DNA from: Myxococcales bacterium | GTDB taxonomy: Bacteria > Myxococcota_A > Polyangia > Polyangiales > DASUME01 | Direction of reading: 5' to 3' | DNA length: 64,000 nucleotides | Assembly (NCBI GenBank): GCA_047601445.1 | Contig: JASGJH010000001.1 | Coordinates: 1,472,001-1,536,000, forward strand | In this document: piece by piece, positions 22,401-30,533 of the stretch | How the letters are laid out: every line of letters begins with the position of its first letter | How positions within the stretch are numbered: the stretch's first letter is position 1 | Position numbers and translations under genes: made by a program | The notes under the pieces: generated by a model | The model's input: only the letters and a program-made list of their open reading frames with translations | What the model was told of the DNA's origin: nothing | Database searches by the model: none

Positions 22401-22581
22401 ACGACATGGTCTCGGCGCTGGCGCCGGGCAGCGTGGTGGAGACCAGGACGGTCGGATAGTCCACCTGCGGCAGCGCGGCCACGGGCAGCTCGCGATAGGC
22501 GACCAACCCCGCCAGCAGGAGTCCGATGGTGAGTAGCGTGGTGGCGACCGGCCGCCGGATGAACGGCTCGGAGATGCTCAC
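19447..22581 (-). CDS. mdtB: RND efflux permease, MdtB-like
   Basis: GTG start, SISEPFIRRPVATTLL, LPVAALPQVDYPT, LERNFGQMPSL, GFVVDDAIVM. Overlaps both neighbours by 4 nt. Confidence 0.9.
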   Translation of the reverse strand: MSISEPFIRRPVATTLLTIGLLLAGLVAYRELPVAALPQVDYPTVLVSTTLPGASAETMSSAVTVVLERNFGQMPSLTQMTSVSSFGSSQITLQFALDRSIDAAEQDVQAAINASSNLLPSTLPAPPTYSKSNPADAPILTLAVSSDTLSLNQVDDYADSILAQKLSQVPGVGLVTINGGQKPAVRVRVDPLALAGSGLSLEDVRQALVAANINQPKGNIDGPRQDYTLATNDQLYDADSFKPLILAYSNGSALRLMDVAEVVDGVENAQLAGWNKHQRAIILNVNRQPGANVIAVADGVRKLLPQLGASLPPAINVSIVSDRTETVRASVEDVQFTMVLTVFLVVAVIYLFLRSLRATIIPGVAVPLSIVGTFGVMYLCGYSLNNLTLMALTISTGFVVDDAIVMVENISRFIEEGERPFEAALKGAKQIGFTIVSLTVSLIAVLIPLLFMGGIIGRLFREFAVTLSIAVAVSAVLSLSLTAMMCGQLLRPEGEAPVGRLGRWSEGAIAWMLRTYESGLKWVLDHRGLTLAVTIATAVLTGLLAVLVPKGFFPVQDTGLLAGVSEAAPDVSFQRMLELQRQLVDVVLADPAVEDVASFIGADGTNPTTNSGRMSITLKPREQRAASASEVIARLSDKLESVKGIRLYLQPVQDLQIESRTSRTQYQYTLEDADSAELLTWAPRMLEKLRTLPQLSDVASDQQSGGLGVSIKIDRDTAARLGVTPQAIDDTLYDAFGQRIVSTIFTQLNQYRVILEVKPEFQFDPEALRHIYVHSSDGGQIPLSAFTRFVSEPVPLSLTHQGQFPAVTLSFNLAPGVALGDAVQVVEQAGQEVGLPSSIHADFSGSAQEFRSSLASEPVLILAALITVYIVLGVLYESYIHPITILSTLPSAGVGALLALMICREDFGIIALIGIILLIGIVKKNAIMMIDFALEAERERGMSPRDAIYEACLLRFRPIMMTTMAALFGGLPLALGTGTGSELRRPLGISIVGGLLISQLLTLYTTPVIYLYMTRVQAWAARMRGGKSDPLVEGAPHTEGRGEA

Positions 22582-23828
22582 GGGGACTTCCTGGCAGGTC
22601 CCGCATCTGGACCAGGGGGCTGCCTGTCCGGCGGCGGCCCCGCGTCGGAGCGGGTTGGCGGGCTCGGCTTGTCCGAGGCCTGGCGTGGCTCGACCTTGGC
22701 GTCCGGGCGCAGCTGGTTCTGCCCCTCGATGACGACTTCCTCGCCCTCCCTGACACCGCTCTTCACGAGGGTCACCGCGCCCAGCGCGAGCCCCACCTCG
22801 AGCGGCCGAGCTTCCACGGTGTGATCGGGCCGCACGACGTACACGAACAACCCTTGCGGGCCCCGTTGCACCGCCACCGTGGGCACCAGCAACGCCTGAG
22901 GCTCCACGCTCACGTGCAAGCGCGCCTTCACGAACTGGTTCGGCCAAAGCTTCTGCTGCGCGTTGTCGAACAGCGCCTTGAGGCGGATGGTGGCGGTGGT
23001 CTGGTTGATCTGGTTGTCGATCACGAGCAGCTTGCCCGTGGCCAGCACGGTCTTGCCATCGCGGTCGAGGGCGTCCACCTGCAGCGGTTCCTTGCCGCCC
23101 ATCTCCTGGGCGATGCGCGGCAGGTCGTCCTGGGGCAGCGTGAAGAGCACCGCGATGGGATCGAGCTGGGTCAGCACCACGATGCCGCCGGTGTCGGTGG
23201 CCCGCACGAAGTTACCCGGGTCCACGATGCGTACGCCGGTCACGCCGTCGATGGGCGAGGCGATGCGGGCGTAGCTCAGGTTGAGGCGAGCCGAAGCCAC
23301 CTGGGCGCGGTCCACCTGCACGTTGCCCTCGTACTGTCCGAGCAAGCCGCGGGTCTCGTCGAGCTGTTGCCGAGCCAGGTACTTTTGGCCCGTCAGCTTC
23401 TCGTAGCGCGCCACGTCCAAGCTGGTGCTGGTGAGCAGGGCTTCGTCGCGCTTGAGGTTGCCTTCGGCCTGCTGGAGTTGAATCAAGTAGGGGCGCGGAT
23501 CGATCTGCGCCAGGACCTCGCCGGCCTTCACGCGCTGGCCTTCGGTGTAGAACACCTTCTGCAGCACGCCGTCGACCTGGGAGCGCACGGTCACGGTCTT
23601 GTACGCCGTGACGCTCCCCAGTCCCTCGAGGTCGATGGGCACATCCCGCCGCTCCACCAGCGCGGTGGCCACCACGGTGGGTCGCTTCTGCGCCGCTCCC
23701 TTGGCGTCGGGGCTGGCCGGCTTCCCGTCGGCGCTCGCGCCGGGTTCACAAGCTGCAGCACCGATCAGGGCCAACAGCAGCGCGAACCTCGCCGCGCGCG
23801 TGGCCTGCTTTCCTCGCGTCTCTCCCAA
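22578..23828 (-). CDS. mdtA: RND periplasmic adaptor, MdtA-like lipoprotein
   Basis: Lipobox AAAC, TVRSQVDG, LAQIDPRPY, IASPIDGVTGVRIVDPGN, IDNQI, LWPNQFV. Confidence 0.9.
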   Translation of the reverse strand: MGETRGKQATRAARFALLLALIGAAACEPGASADGKPASPDAKGAAQKRPTVVATALVERRDVPIDLEGLGSVTAYKTVTVRSQVDGVLQKVFYTEGQRVKAGEVLAQIDPRPYLIQLQQAEGNLKRDEALLTSTSLDVARYEKLTGQKYLARQQLDETRGLLGQYEGNVQVDRAQVASARLNLSYARIASPIDGVTGVRIVDPGNFVRATDTGGIVVLTQLDPIAVLFTLPQDDLPRIAQEMGGKEPLQVDALDRDGKTVLATGKLLVIDNQINQTTATIRLKALFDNAQQKLWPNQFVKARLHVSVEPQALLVPTVAVQRGPQGLFVYVVRPDHTVEARPLEVGLALGAVTLVKSGVREGEEVVIEGQNQLRPDAKVEPRQASDKPSPPTRSDAGPPPDRQPPGPDAGPARKSP

Positions 23829-23876
23829 AGCCCCCTAAGCCTACACAACTGGGGCGCGCAGGCCGAGCCGCTGAAT

Positions 23877-23893
23877 GTGAAGGACAGGTAAAG
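23877..23893. promoter_or_regulatory. Candidate OmpR/CpxR-type direct-repeat box upstream of mdtA
   Basis: GTGAAG-GACAG-GTAAAG, an 11-bp period, about 50 nt upstream of the mdtA start. Confidence 0.4.
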
Positions 23894-23959
23894 AACCCGG
23901 CACGAGGCCTCAAATGCGGCAGTTTTTCACGGCGTTTCGCGGCGTGAGGCGATTTTCCC

Positions 23960-24131
23960 CTAGGGGGTATCCCTAGTTCCGGTGCGCGTCAGGGCGCGGA
24001 TTTCCGTCGCATCGCGAGCGCGCCCGCAGGCTCGACCTGAAGGTCGGGCCGAGGACGAAAGCCGCGATGCGGGGAAAGGCGCGATGCTGGCGTGCGCCGG
24101 AATTAGGGACGCCCGGACGCCCCCTAGCTAG
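23960..24131. mobile_element. MITE-like non-autonomous element / long hairpin with CTAG ends
   Basis: 23970-23992 pairs with 24087-24109 (19 Watson-Crick + 4 G.T, no mismatch). Inner stems are 24007-24016/24063-24072 and 24029-24037/24042-24050. CTAG occurs at 23960, 23973, 24124 and 24128. No transposase. Confidence 0.6.
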
Positions 24132-24144
24132 GACGGGGCGGATG

Positions 24145-25188
24145 CTACTTCCCTTCGAACGGCTTGGGCACCCGACTCGCCCCCTGGCGCTCGAACATCC
24201 AACCCGGATACTCCGCCGGCAGCGCACTCACCGCGTCCAGCGTGGCGAGCTCGTCGGCGCTGAGGCTCAGGCCCGTGGCCGCCAAATTGTCCTCGAGCTG
24301 CGAGAGGCTCTTGGCACCGATGATGACGCTGGTGACGAAGGGCTTGGCCAGCACGTAGGCCAGCGCCACGCGGGCCACGGAGACGTTTCGGCGCGTCCCG
24401 ATCTCCCGCATCGCCGCCACGCAGGCCCAGGCCCGTTCCTTGTTCACGGGCGGGAAGTCGAAGCTCACACGGCGCGCGCCCTCGGGTCCCTTGGCATCCG
24501 GTCCGAACTTGCCCGACAGCAAGCCGCCTGCCAAAGGCGACCACACCAGGAGGCCCAGCTTCTCCTCGCTGAGCATGGGCACCAGCTCGCGCTCGAGGTC
24601 GCGACCGGCGATGGAGTAGTAGGCCTGCAGGGTCTCGAAGCGCGCCCAGCCGTGACGCTCCGCGCTACCGAGGGCCTTCGCGATCTTCCAGGCGGCCCAA
24701 TTCGATACACCGACGTAGCGCACCAGACCCTGGCTCACGAGGTCGTCCAGGGCGCGCAGGGTCTCGTCGATGGGCGTCACGGAATCGTTGGCGTGGATTT
24801 GATAGAGGTCGATGTGATCGGTCTGCAGACGCTCGAGGCTCTTCTTCACCGAGTCCATGATGTGGCCGCGCGAAGCCCCGCGGTTGTTGGGTTGGGGCCC
24901 CATCTCGCTGAAAACCTTGGTGGCGATCACCACGTCTTCACGGCGCGTGCCGACGTTCTTGAGCGCCTGCCCAAGCAGCTTCTCGCTGAGGCCGAACGAG
25001 TACACGTCGGCGGTGTCGATGAAGTTCACGCCCGCCGCCAGCGCTCGACCCACGATTTGGTCCACCTCGTGCTGCTCGAGCTCGCCGACCACCCGCCAAA
25101 AGCCGCCTTCCTTGCCGCCGAAGGTCATGGTGCCGAGGCAAATCTCGGAGACGAACAGACCGGTACGACCTAGCTGCTTGTATTTCAT
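24145..25188 (-). CDS. Aldo/keto reductase
   Basis: LGRTGLFVSEICLGTMTFG, NFIDTADVYS, IATK, IDLYQIH, WSPLAGGLLSGK. Confidence 0.95.
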   Translation of the reverse strand: MKYKQLGRTGLFVSEICLGTMTFGGKEGGFWRVVGELEQHEVDQIVGRALAAGVNFIDTADVYSFGLSEKLLGQALKNVGTRREDVVIATKVFSEMGPQPNNRGASRGHIMDSVKKSLERLQTDHIDLYQIHANDSVTPIDETLRALDDLVSQGLVRYVGVSNWAAWKIAKALGSAERHGWARFETLQAYYSIAGRDLERELVPMLSEEKLGLLVWSPLAGGLLSGKFGPDAKGPEGARRVSFDFPPVNKERAWACVAAMREIGTRRNVSVARVALAYVLAKPFVTSVIIGAKSLSQLEDNLAATGLSLSADELATLDAVSALPAEYPGWMFERQGASRVPKPFEGK

Positions 25189-25292
25189 GGCCCTCTCCCA
25201 CTCGCTTCGCGCCCACCCAAGCACGGGCGCAGAGTTCGAGTCTAGCCCGGCGTCGAGTTGTGTCGGGGACGGGGTTCCGCCAAGCTCTCGAG

Positions 25293-25871
25293 ATGCGACT
25301 GTGCGTTTTCTGCGGTGCAAACCCGGGCGCGCGACCCGCGTATCGGGCGGCGGCCGAGGCCTTCGGCGCACTGCTCGCCCGGCATGGCGTCGAGTTGGTG
25401 TACGGCGGCGCCGCGATCGGATTGATGGGCAGCGTGGCCGACGGCGCGCTCGCGAGCGGTGGTCATGTGATCGGCGTCATCCCCCAGGCGCTTACCTCCA
25501 AGGAGGTGGTGCACCGCGGCTTGCCCGACTTGCGGGTGGTGGGCTCCATGCACGAGCGCAAGGCGTTGATGGCGGAGCTGTCGGACGGCTTCGTCGCTCT
25601 ACCAGGTGGAATCGGCACGCTCGAAGAGCTGTTCGAGGTCTGGACCTGGTCGCAGCTCGGACTGCATCGCAAGCCCTGCGCGTTGCTCGACGTGCACGGC
25701 TTCTACGGCGGCCTGGCCAGCTTCATGGATCACGTGGTCGCCGAGGGCTTCCTCAAGCCCGTGCACCGGACGGCCCTGATCGTGGAGTCCGATCCCGAGC
25801 GTCTGCTCGAGCGCATGCGCGCGTACCGCCCCGAGCCCGTCACCAAGTGGATCGAACCTTCGGATAGCTGA
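25293..25871 (+). CDS. LOG-family nucleotide 5'-monophosphate phosphoribohydrolase
   Basis: CVFCGA, LVYGG..GLMG, MHERKALM, PGGIGTLEE, LGLHRKP. Confidence 0.95.
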   Translation: MRLCVFCGANPGARPAYRAAAEAFGALLARHGVELVYGGAAIGLMGSVADGALASGGHVIGVIPQALTSKEVVHRGLPDLRVVGSMHERKALMAELSDGFVALPGGIGTLEELFEVWTWSQLGLHRKPCALLDVHGFYGGLASFMDHVVAEGFLKPVHRTALIVESDPERLLERMRAYRPEPVTKWIEPSDS

Positions 25872-25977
25872 GGCAGCCGCAGCTCGCCGCTCACGAGCCG
25901 GCACGGCAAAAGCGACTACCTACGAGTCCTCGGTGTCGGCCAAACGGCGCACCGAGCTCAGCTCCGAAAGGTACAAG

Positions 25978-27141
25978 ATGCGCAAATGCTCGTGTGCGTG
26001 CGTGTTTGGTTCGTGCGTGCTCGCGGCGCTGCTGACGAGCCCCCTGCTCATCCTAGAGAACCCAGCTCACGCCGCCCCGGCAACGCCACCACAAGACAGC
26101 ACTTCGCTCCAGGCAGCCATCGACGCGCTCGTGAGGGCCCCCGAGGGGCCTGCGGGCGTCATCGTGGTGATCGACAACGGGAGCTCGACCCGCGTCCAGA
26201 CCGCTGGCGTCGCCAGTACGGGGACCAAGCCCCCTCCCACCGCGGACGGACACCTGCGCGTGGCGAGCCTGACCAAGGCGATGACCGCCGCGGTCGCGCT
26301 GCGCTTGGTGGAGGAAGGGACGCTTCGCCTGGGAGACACGGTGGGAGATTGGCTACCGGAGCTGCCCGCCGCTTGGCACGACGTCAGCTTGCTGCAGCTG
26401 CTGAATCATACGAGCGGCGTGCCGGACTTCGCCAAGAACCCAGCCGTTGCCAAGGCGATCAGCGAATCCCCCACGGTGGCCCCCACGCCCTCGGAGATTT
26501 TGGCCTATGCCGGCAACACCACCGATTTCCCTGCCGGAGCGCGCTACGAGTACTCCAACTCCAACCCCTTCATCACGGGCCTGATCATTCAGGCGGCCAC
26601 AGGAAAGCAGTACGAGGATGTGCTGCGCGCGGAAGTACTCGAACCGCTCGGCATGAAGGACACCTATCTACCTGCGTTCAACGATCCCAAGGTACCCGCT
26701 CCGGTCACGCGAGGTTACCAGGTCGACGACGGCCAGCGCGAAGACGTCACGGAGCTGGTCGCCTTCGGCGGCTGGGGCTGGTCTTCGGGCGGCGTCGTCT
26801 CGACGCCTGCGGACCTGACCAAGTTCGTGCGGGGCTACGTGGGCGGTGAGCTGTTCGGTGAGACCATTCAGGAGACCCAACACGACTCGATGCAGCCGGG
26901 CAACTCGGATCCCGAGGGGCCCGGACGAAACAGCGCGGGCGCCGGGCTGTTCACCTATCAGACCCGCTGCGGCATGGTGTACGGACACACGGGATCGGTC
27001 CTGGGCTACACCTTGTTCATGGCGGCCACCGGTGACGGCGAGCGCTCGGTGGCATTCGCCGTTACGACTCAAATCAGCGACAACATGGTGTCCCAGCTGC
27101 GCGTCGCGCAGGAGCTGGCGGTGTGCGCCGCGCTCGAGTGA
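25978..27141 (+). CDS. Secreted serine hydrolase (beta-lactamase / DD-peptidase family)
   Basis: Signal peptide, SLTK (SxxK), LLNHTSG, YSN, HTG. Confidence 0.9.
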   Translation: MRKCSCACVFGSCVLAALLTSPLLILENPAHAAPATPPQDSTSLQAAIDALVRAPEGPAGVIVVIDNGSSTRVQTAGVASTGTKPPPTADGHLRVASLTKAMTAAVALRLVEEGTLRLGDTVGDWLPELPAAWHDVSLLQLLNHTSGVPDFAKNPAVAKAISESPTVAPTPSEILAYAGNTTDFPAGARYEYSNSNPFITGLIIQAATGKQYEDVLRAEVLEPLGMKDTYLPAFNDPKVPAPVTRGYQVDDGQREDVTELVAFGGWGWSSGGVVSTPADLTKFVRGYVGGELFGETIQETQHDSMQPGNSDPEGPGRNSAGAGLFTYQTRCGMVYGHTGSVLGYTLFMAATGDGERSVAFAVTTQISDNMVSQLRVAQELAVCAALE

Positions 27142-27153
27142 CCGCGCCCGCGC

Positions 27154-28137
27154 TCAACAGGCGCCTGCGGCCTCCTGCGTCAGCGTGAGTGAGCGCAAGC
27201 GCTTCTCGTGCTCGAACAGCTGGCAAGTGAGGATCACCTCGTCGGCGCCTGTGCGCGCGACGAAGTCACTCAGGCCGCGCTGCACGGTCTCGCGGGAGCC
27301 GACCACCGAACACTGCAGCGCATGCCGCAAGAGCGCGCGCTCCTCCGCGCTGAGCCTGGGCTCCAGGTCGCGCACCGGCGCAGGCAACTTGCGCGGGCGG
27401 CCGCGACGCAGGGCCACGAAGGCCTGTTCGATGGACGAAAAAAGATAGCGAGCTTCGTCGTCGCTGTCCGCCGCGATCACGTTGAGCCCCAGCATCACGC
27501 GCGGCTCGGGCTGCTGGGCCGACGGTCGGAACTGGGCGCGATAGAGCCGTACGGCCTCGTCGAGCTGCGCCGGTGCGAAGTGGGAAGCGAACGAGAAGGG
27601 CAAACCGAAGCGTGCCGCGAGCTGTGCCCCGAACAGGCTCGAGCCCAGAATCCACAGCGGCACCTGGGCCCCCGCGCCGGGCACAGCCTGCACCTGGGCC
27701 CCCGGGTCGTCGCGAAACCAGTGCATGAGCTCCCCCACGTCCTCGGCGAAGCGGTCGGCGCTGCGTGGGTCCCGGCGTAGCGCGTGCTGCGCCAACAGAT
27801 CCGAGCCGGGCGCTCGCCCGAGCCCGAGATCGATGCGCCCGGGAAACAGCGCCTCGAGGGTTCCGAACTGCTCCGCGATCACGTAGGGCGCGTGGTTGGG
27901 CAACATGATGCCGCCCGCGCCCAGGCGAATACGCGAGGTCCCGCCGGCCAGGTGCGCGATGACCACGGCGGTGGCGGCGCTGGCGACGCCAGGAAAGTTG
28001 TGGTGTTCGGCGAGCCAGAAGCGCGTGAACCCGAGACGCTCGGCGTGCTGGGCGAGTTCGAGCGAATTGCGCAGCGCCTGCGATGCCGTGGCCCCTTCCA
28101 CGATGGGCGACAGGTCGAGCACGGACAAGGGAACCAT
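27154..28137 (-). CDS. LLM-class flavin-dependent oxidoreductase (YhbW-like)
   Basis: [45 protein letters not shown]. Confidence 0.93.
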   Translation of the reverse strand: MVPLSVLDLSPIVEGATASQALRNSLELAQHAERLGFTRFWLAEHHNFPGVASAATAVVIAHLAGGTSRIRLGAGGIMLPNHAPYVIAEQFGTLEALFPGRIDLGLGRAPGSDLLAQHALRRDPRSADRFAEDVGELMHWFRDDPGAQVQAVPGAGAQVPLWILGSSLFGAQLAARFGLPFSFASHFAPAQLDEAVRLYRAQFRPSAQQPEPRVMLGLNVIAADSDDEARYLFSSIEQAFVALRRGRPRKLPAPVRDLEPRLSAEERALLRHALQCSVVGSRETVQRGLSDFVARTGADEVILTCQLFEHEKRLRSLTLTQEAAGAC

Positions 28138-28229
28138 GGGCACTGGTCGCGAGCCCGCTATCCGGCGTTACGCCAGGGCGGCTGGCCGAGGTTGGGCAAA
28201 CTCCGAGAGCTCATCTAGGCTTGACCGCG

Positions 28230-29396
28230 ATGTCTCCCCATCGACTCAGGGCTCCCTTCCTCGAAACGCATCTCACCGCGGGCCGACTCGTCGGCGCCCT
28301 CTCGGTCACGCTGCGGCGCTCAGGCATCGTGAACATCGGCTGCCACGGCGTACGCGACCTCGACACCCGTGAGCCGGTGGGCCCCGACACGGTCTTCCGT
28401 TTGCACTCGATGTCGAAGCCCCTGACCGCGCTCGCGCTCCTCGTGCTGTGCGATGAACGGGGCATCCCGCTTTCCACCCCGGCCAGCGAATTCGTGCCTG
28501 CGCTGCGGGAGCTGCGCGCCTTCGACGCACGCGCCGGCGCGGCAGCCCCGCCGATCACGCTGCACCACCTGCTCACGCATACCTCGGGCCTGCCCTACCC
28601 GGATCCCACCGGGTCACCCGCGGAACGCAGCCTGGCCCGGGCCATCGGCGACATGATGACGGAACCTCACGGGCTCTCCCTGGCCGAGTGGACCGAGCGC
28701 GTGGCCCGGAGCGAGCTAGCCCACGCGCCAGGCGCGGGCTTCACCTACGGCATCTCCATCGATGTCGCAGGTCGCATCGTCGAGGTCCTGGCCAACGCGC
28801 CCCTCGACGAGACCCTGCGAACGCGCGTGTTCGATCCGCTGGGCATGCTCGACACGGGGTTCGCGTTGTCGCCAGCGCAGAGCGCGCGTCTTTCGCGTGT
28901 GTATCATTGCGTGGGGCCGGGCGAGTTCAAGCACGTGCCCGAGTCGGTGGAAGAGCCGCGCTTCCTGTCGGGCGGTGGACGCATCTACTCCACGGGACAT
29001 GACTACGCGCGCTTCTGCCGCATGCTGCTCCATGGCGGCGTGCTCGACGGGACGCGCGTGGTGACGGAGGCCATGCTGCGGGTCAGCGCGGAGTGTCAGC
29101 TCGGTGGCCTGCGTGATCTGCCCGGCATGCGCAACCACCGCGACCTCGGGCTGGGGGCCAGCTTCGGCTTGCTCGGTCGCGTGATCGTGGAAGCCGGCGA
29201 GAGTGACTATGGCGCCCGCGGAACGTTCGGCTGGGACGGCGTCTGTGGAAACACGTTCTTCGTCGACCGGGCGACCGATCTGGCTTCGATTCTGCTCACC
29301 CAGATCCTCCCGTGGCCTGCAGATCTGCACCGCGATTTTCGTAGATGGAGTTACGCGCAGGCCTCAAGCGTGGCAGATCTCCTCAGTGGATCGTGA
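28230..29396 (+). CDS. Serine hydrolase (class C beta-lactamase / EstB-like esterase)
   Basis: FRLHSMSK (SxxK), LLTHTSG, FTYG, PLGM.DTGF, FGWDG. Confidence 0.88.
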   Translation: MSPHRLRAPFLETHLTAGRLVGALSVTLRRSGIVNIGCHGVRDLDTREPVGPDTVFRLHSMSKPLTALALLVLCDERGIPLSTPASEFVPALRELRAFDARAGAAAPPITLHHLLTHTSGLPYPDPTGSPAERSLARAIGDMMTEPHGLSLAEWTERVARSELAHAPGAGFTYGISIDVAGRIVEVLANAPLDETLRTRVFDPLGMLDTGFALSPAQSARLSRVYHCVGPGEFKHVPESVEEPRFLSGGGRIYSTGHDYARFCRMLLHGGVLDGTRVVTEAMLRVSAECQLGGLRDLPGMRNHRDLGLGASFGLLGRVIVEAGESDYGARGTFGWDGVCGNTFFVDRATDLASILLTQILPWPADLHRDFRRWSYAQASSVADLLSGS

Positions 29397-29503
29397 GTCG
29401 TGTCGATTTCGATCCGTCGTCCCGTCCAGCCAGATCCGAAAGCGTGCAGTCTCGCTGCGATTCGCCGCTGAGAACGTGTCCTTTTTGAAGCCCAGGCTAG
29501 GTG

Positions 29504-29520
29504 CTGGCGCGTGTCTTGCT
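29504..29520 (+). promoter_or_regulatory. Sigma54 (-24/-12) promoter
   Basis: CTGGCGCGTGTCTTGCT closely matches TGGCACG-N4-TTGC. GGAG and GTG 29553 follow. Confidence 0.65.
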
Positions 29521-29552
29521 CTTTGTGCGAGCAACCCCCTGGAGAACACACC

Positions 29553-30521
29553 GTGAATCAGACCCATCCACAGGTCTCGCCTCTTTCTCGCTCCTCAGGT
29601 CCGTGGGGAGCCCTCTTCTTGTTGCTGACAAGTTACGGGCTCGTGTTGCTCGCCCCAGTGGCCTTTCAGTCACTGCGATTGGCGGCAGGCGGCGTGGCAC
29701 AGCCCGGGCTGGAGCTCGGTGGAGCCGGCATGCCGCACTGGGTCCCGGTGGCCCTGGCCATCGGCCTCTCGCTGTCGGGCGGTGCCGCCATGGTCACGGT
29801 GCTCAAGCGCCTCGTGAGCGAGCTCGAGTTTCACCCCTACGCGGGCGTGGCCGCCGCCTTCGGCGTGCTCATGGGCAGTGCCCTGATCGCGCTGCGTGCG
29901 CCCTTTCAGCTGGGCAGCTTGAACTCGGGCGTCTGCGCGGTCCTGTGCCTGCTGGTGTCCGTGACGGGCGGCGCGCTCTCCCTACGGCCTGGCTTCGCGG
30001 CGGGCGCAATGGGGGGGGTAATCGCGCTGGCTCCCGCCCCGCTCCTGGCCTTGCAGTTCTGGGCTACCTCCGAGCAAACAGGCAGCTTCCAGAGCCTGCT
30101 GAGCGCCATGCATCACGCGGACCGCACCTTCATGGGCCTGACCGCGCTGTTCGGCTTGCTCTTGTGGTTGGTGGCGCTGTCGAGCCGCGCCGTCGCCAGC
30201 CGACGACTCGAGCACGAGCTCGCCATCCCGCTCACGCGCCGGAAGCAACCCGTCATGGACACCGGAAGCGAGCTCGCGCTGGCGCCCACCGTGCTCAATC
30301 AGCCCCAGCTTGCCGCCGCGCTGGCGATGCCGGCGCCGGTGGGTCCCAACGATCCGACGGAGCGCTTCTCCGTGTGGAGCTTCCACGATGCGCCGCCGCG
30401 GCCAGAGGACTTCGAGTTCCCGGAACTGCGCTTGCGCCGGAGCAGCCTGTGGTGGGCACTCGCCGTAGTCTTCGCGTGCATCAGCGGACTCGCGGCCTAT
30501 CTATGGGTGCTCTCGCGCTGA
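29553..30521 (+). CDS. Hypothetical polytopic membrane protein
   Basis: About 6 hydrophobic segments, a Pro-rich linker and a C-terminal TM helix. The start was chosen from the SD and the sigma54 site. Confidence 0.7.
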   Translation: MNQTHPQVSPLSRSSGPWGALFLLLTSYGLVLLAPVAFQSLRLAAGGVAQPGLELGGAGMPHWVPVALAIGLSLSGGAAMVTVLKRLVSELEFHPYAGVAAAFGVLMGSALIALRAPFQLGSLNSGVCAVLCLLVSVTGGALSLRPGFAAGAMGGVIALAPAPLLALQFWATSEQTGSFQSLLSAMHHADRTFMGLTALFGLLLWLVALSSRAVASRRLEHELAIPLTRRKQPVMDTGSELALAPTVLNQPQLAAALAMPAPVGPNDPTERFSVWSFHDAPPRPEDFEFPELRLRRSSLWWALAVVFACISGLAAYLWVLSR

Positions 30522-30533
30522 GCACCATCGGGT

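Noticed and set aside
16349..22581. Nucleotide repeats between the two RND genes as a recent duplication
   Set aside because: This is the normal paralogy of the MdtB/MdtC heteromeric pump.
24029..24067. Hammerhead-like text CTGAAG-GTC..GAC-GAAA-GCC
   Set aside because: The core lacks the conserved A of CUGANGA, only 3 nt are available for stem I, and a stronger 9-bp hairpin competes.
25225..25250. tRNA T-loop-like GTTCGAGTC (also GTTCGAATCC near 9639)
   Set aside because: No 5-bp T stem, cloverleaf or CCA end.
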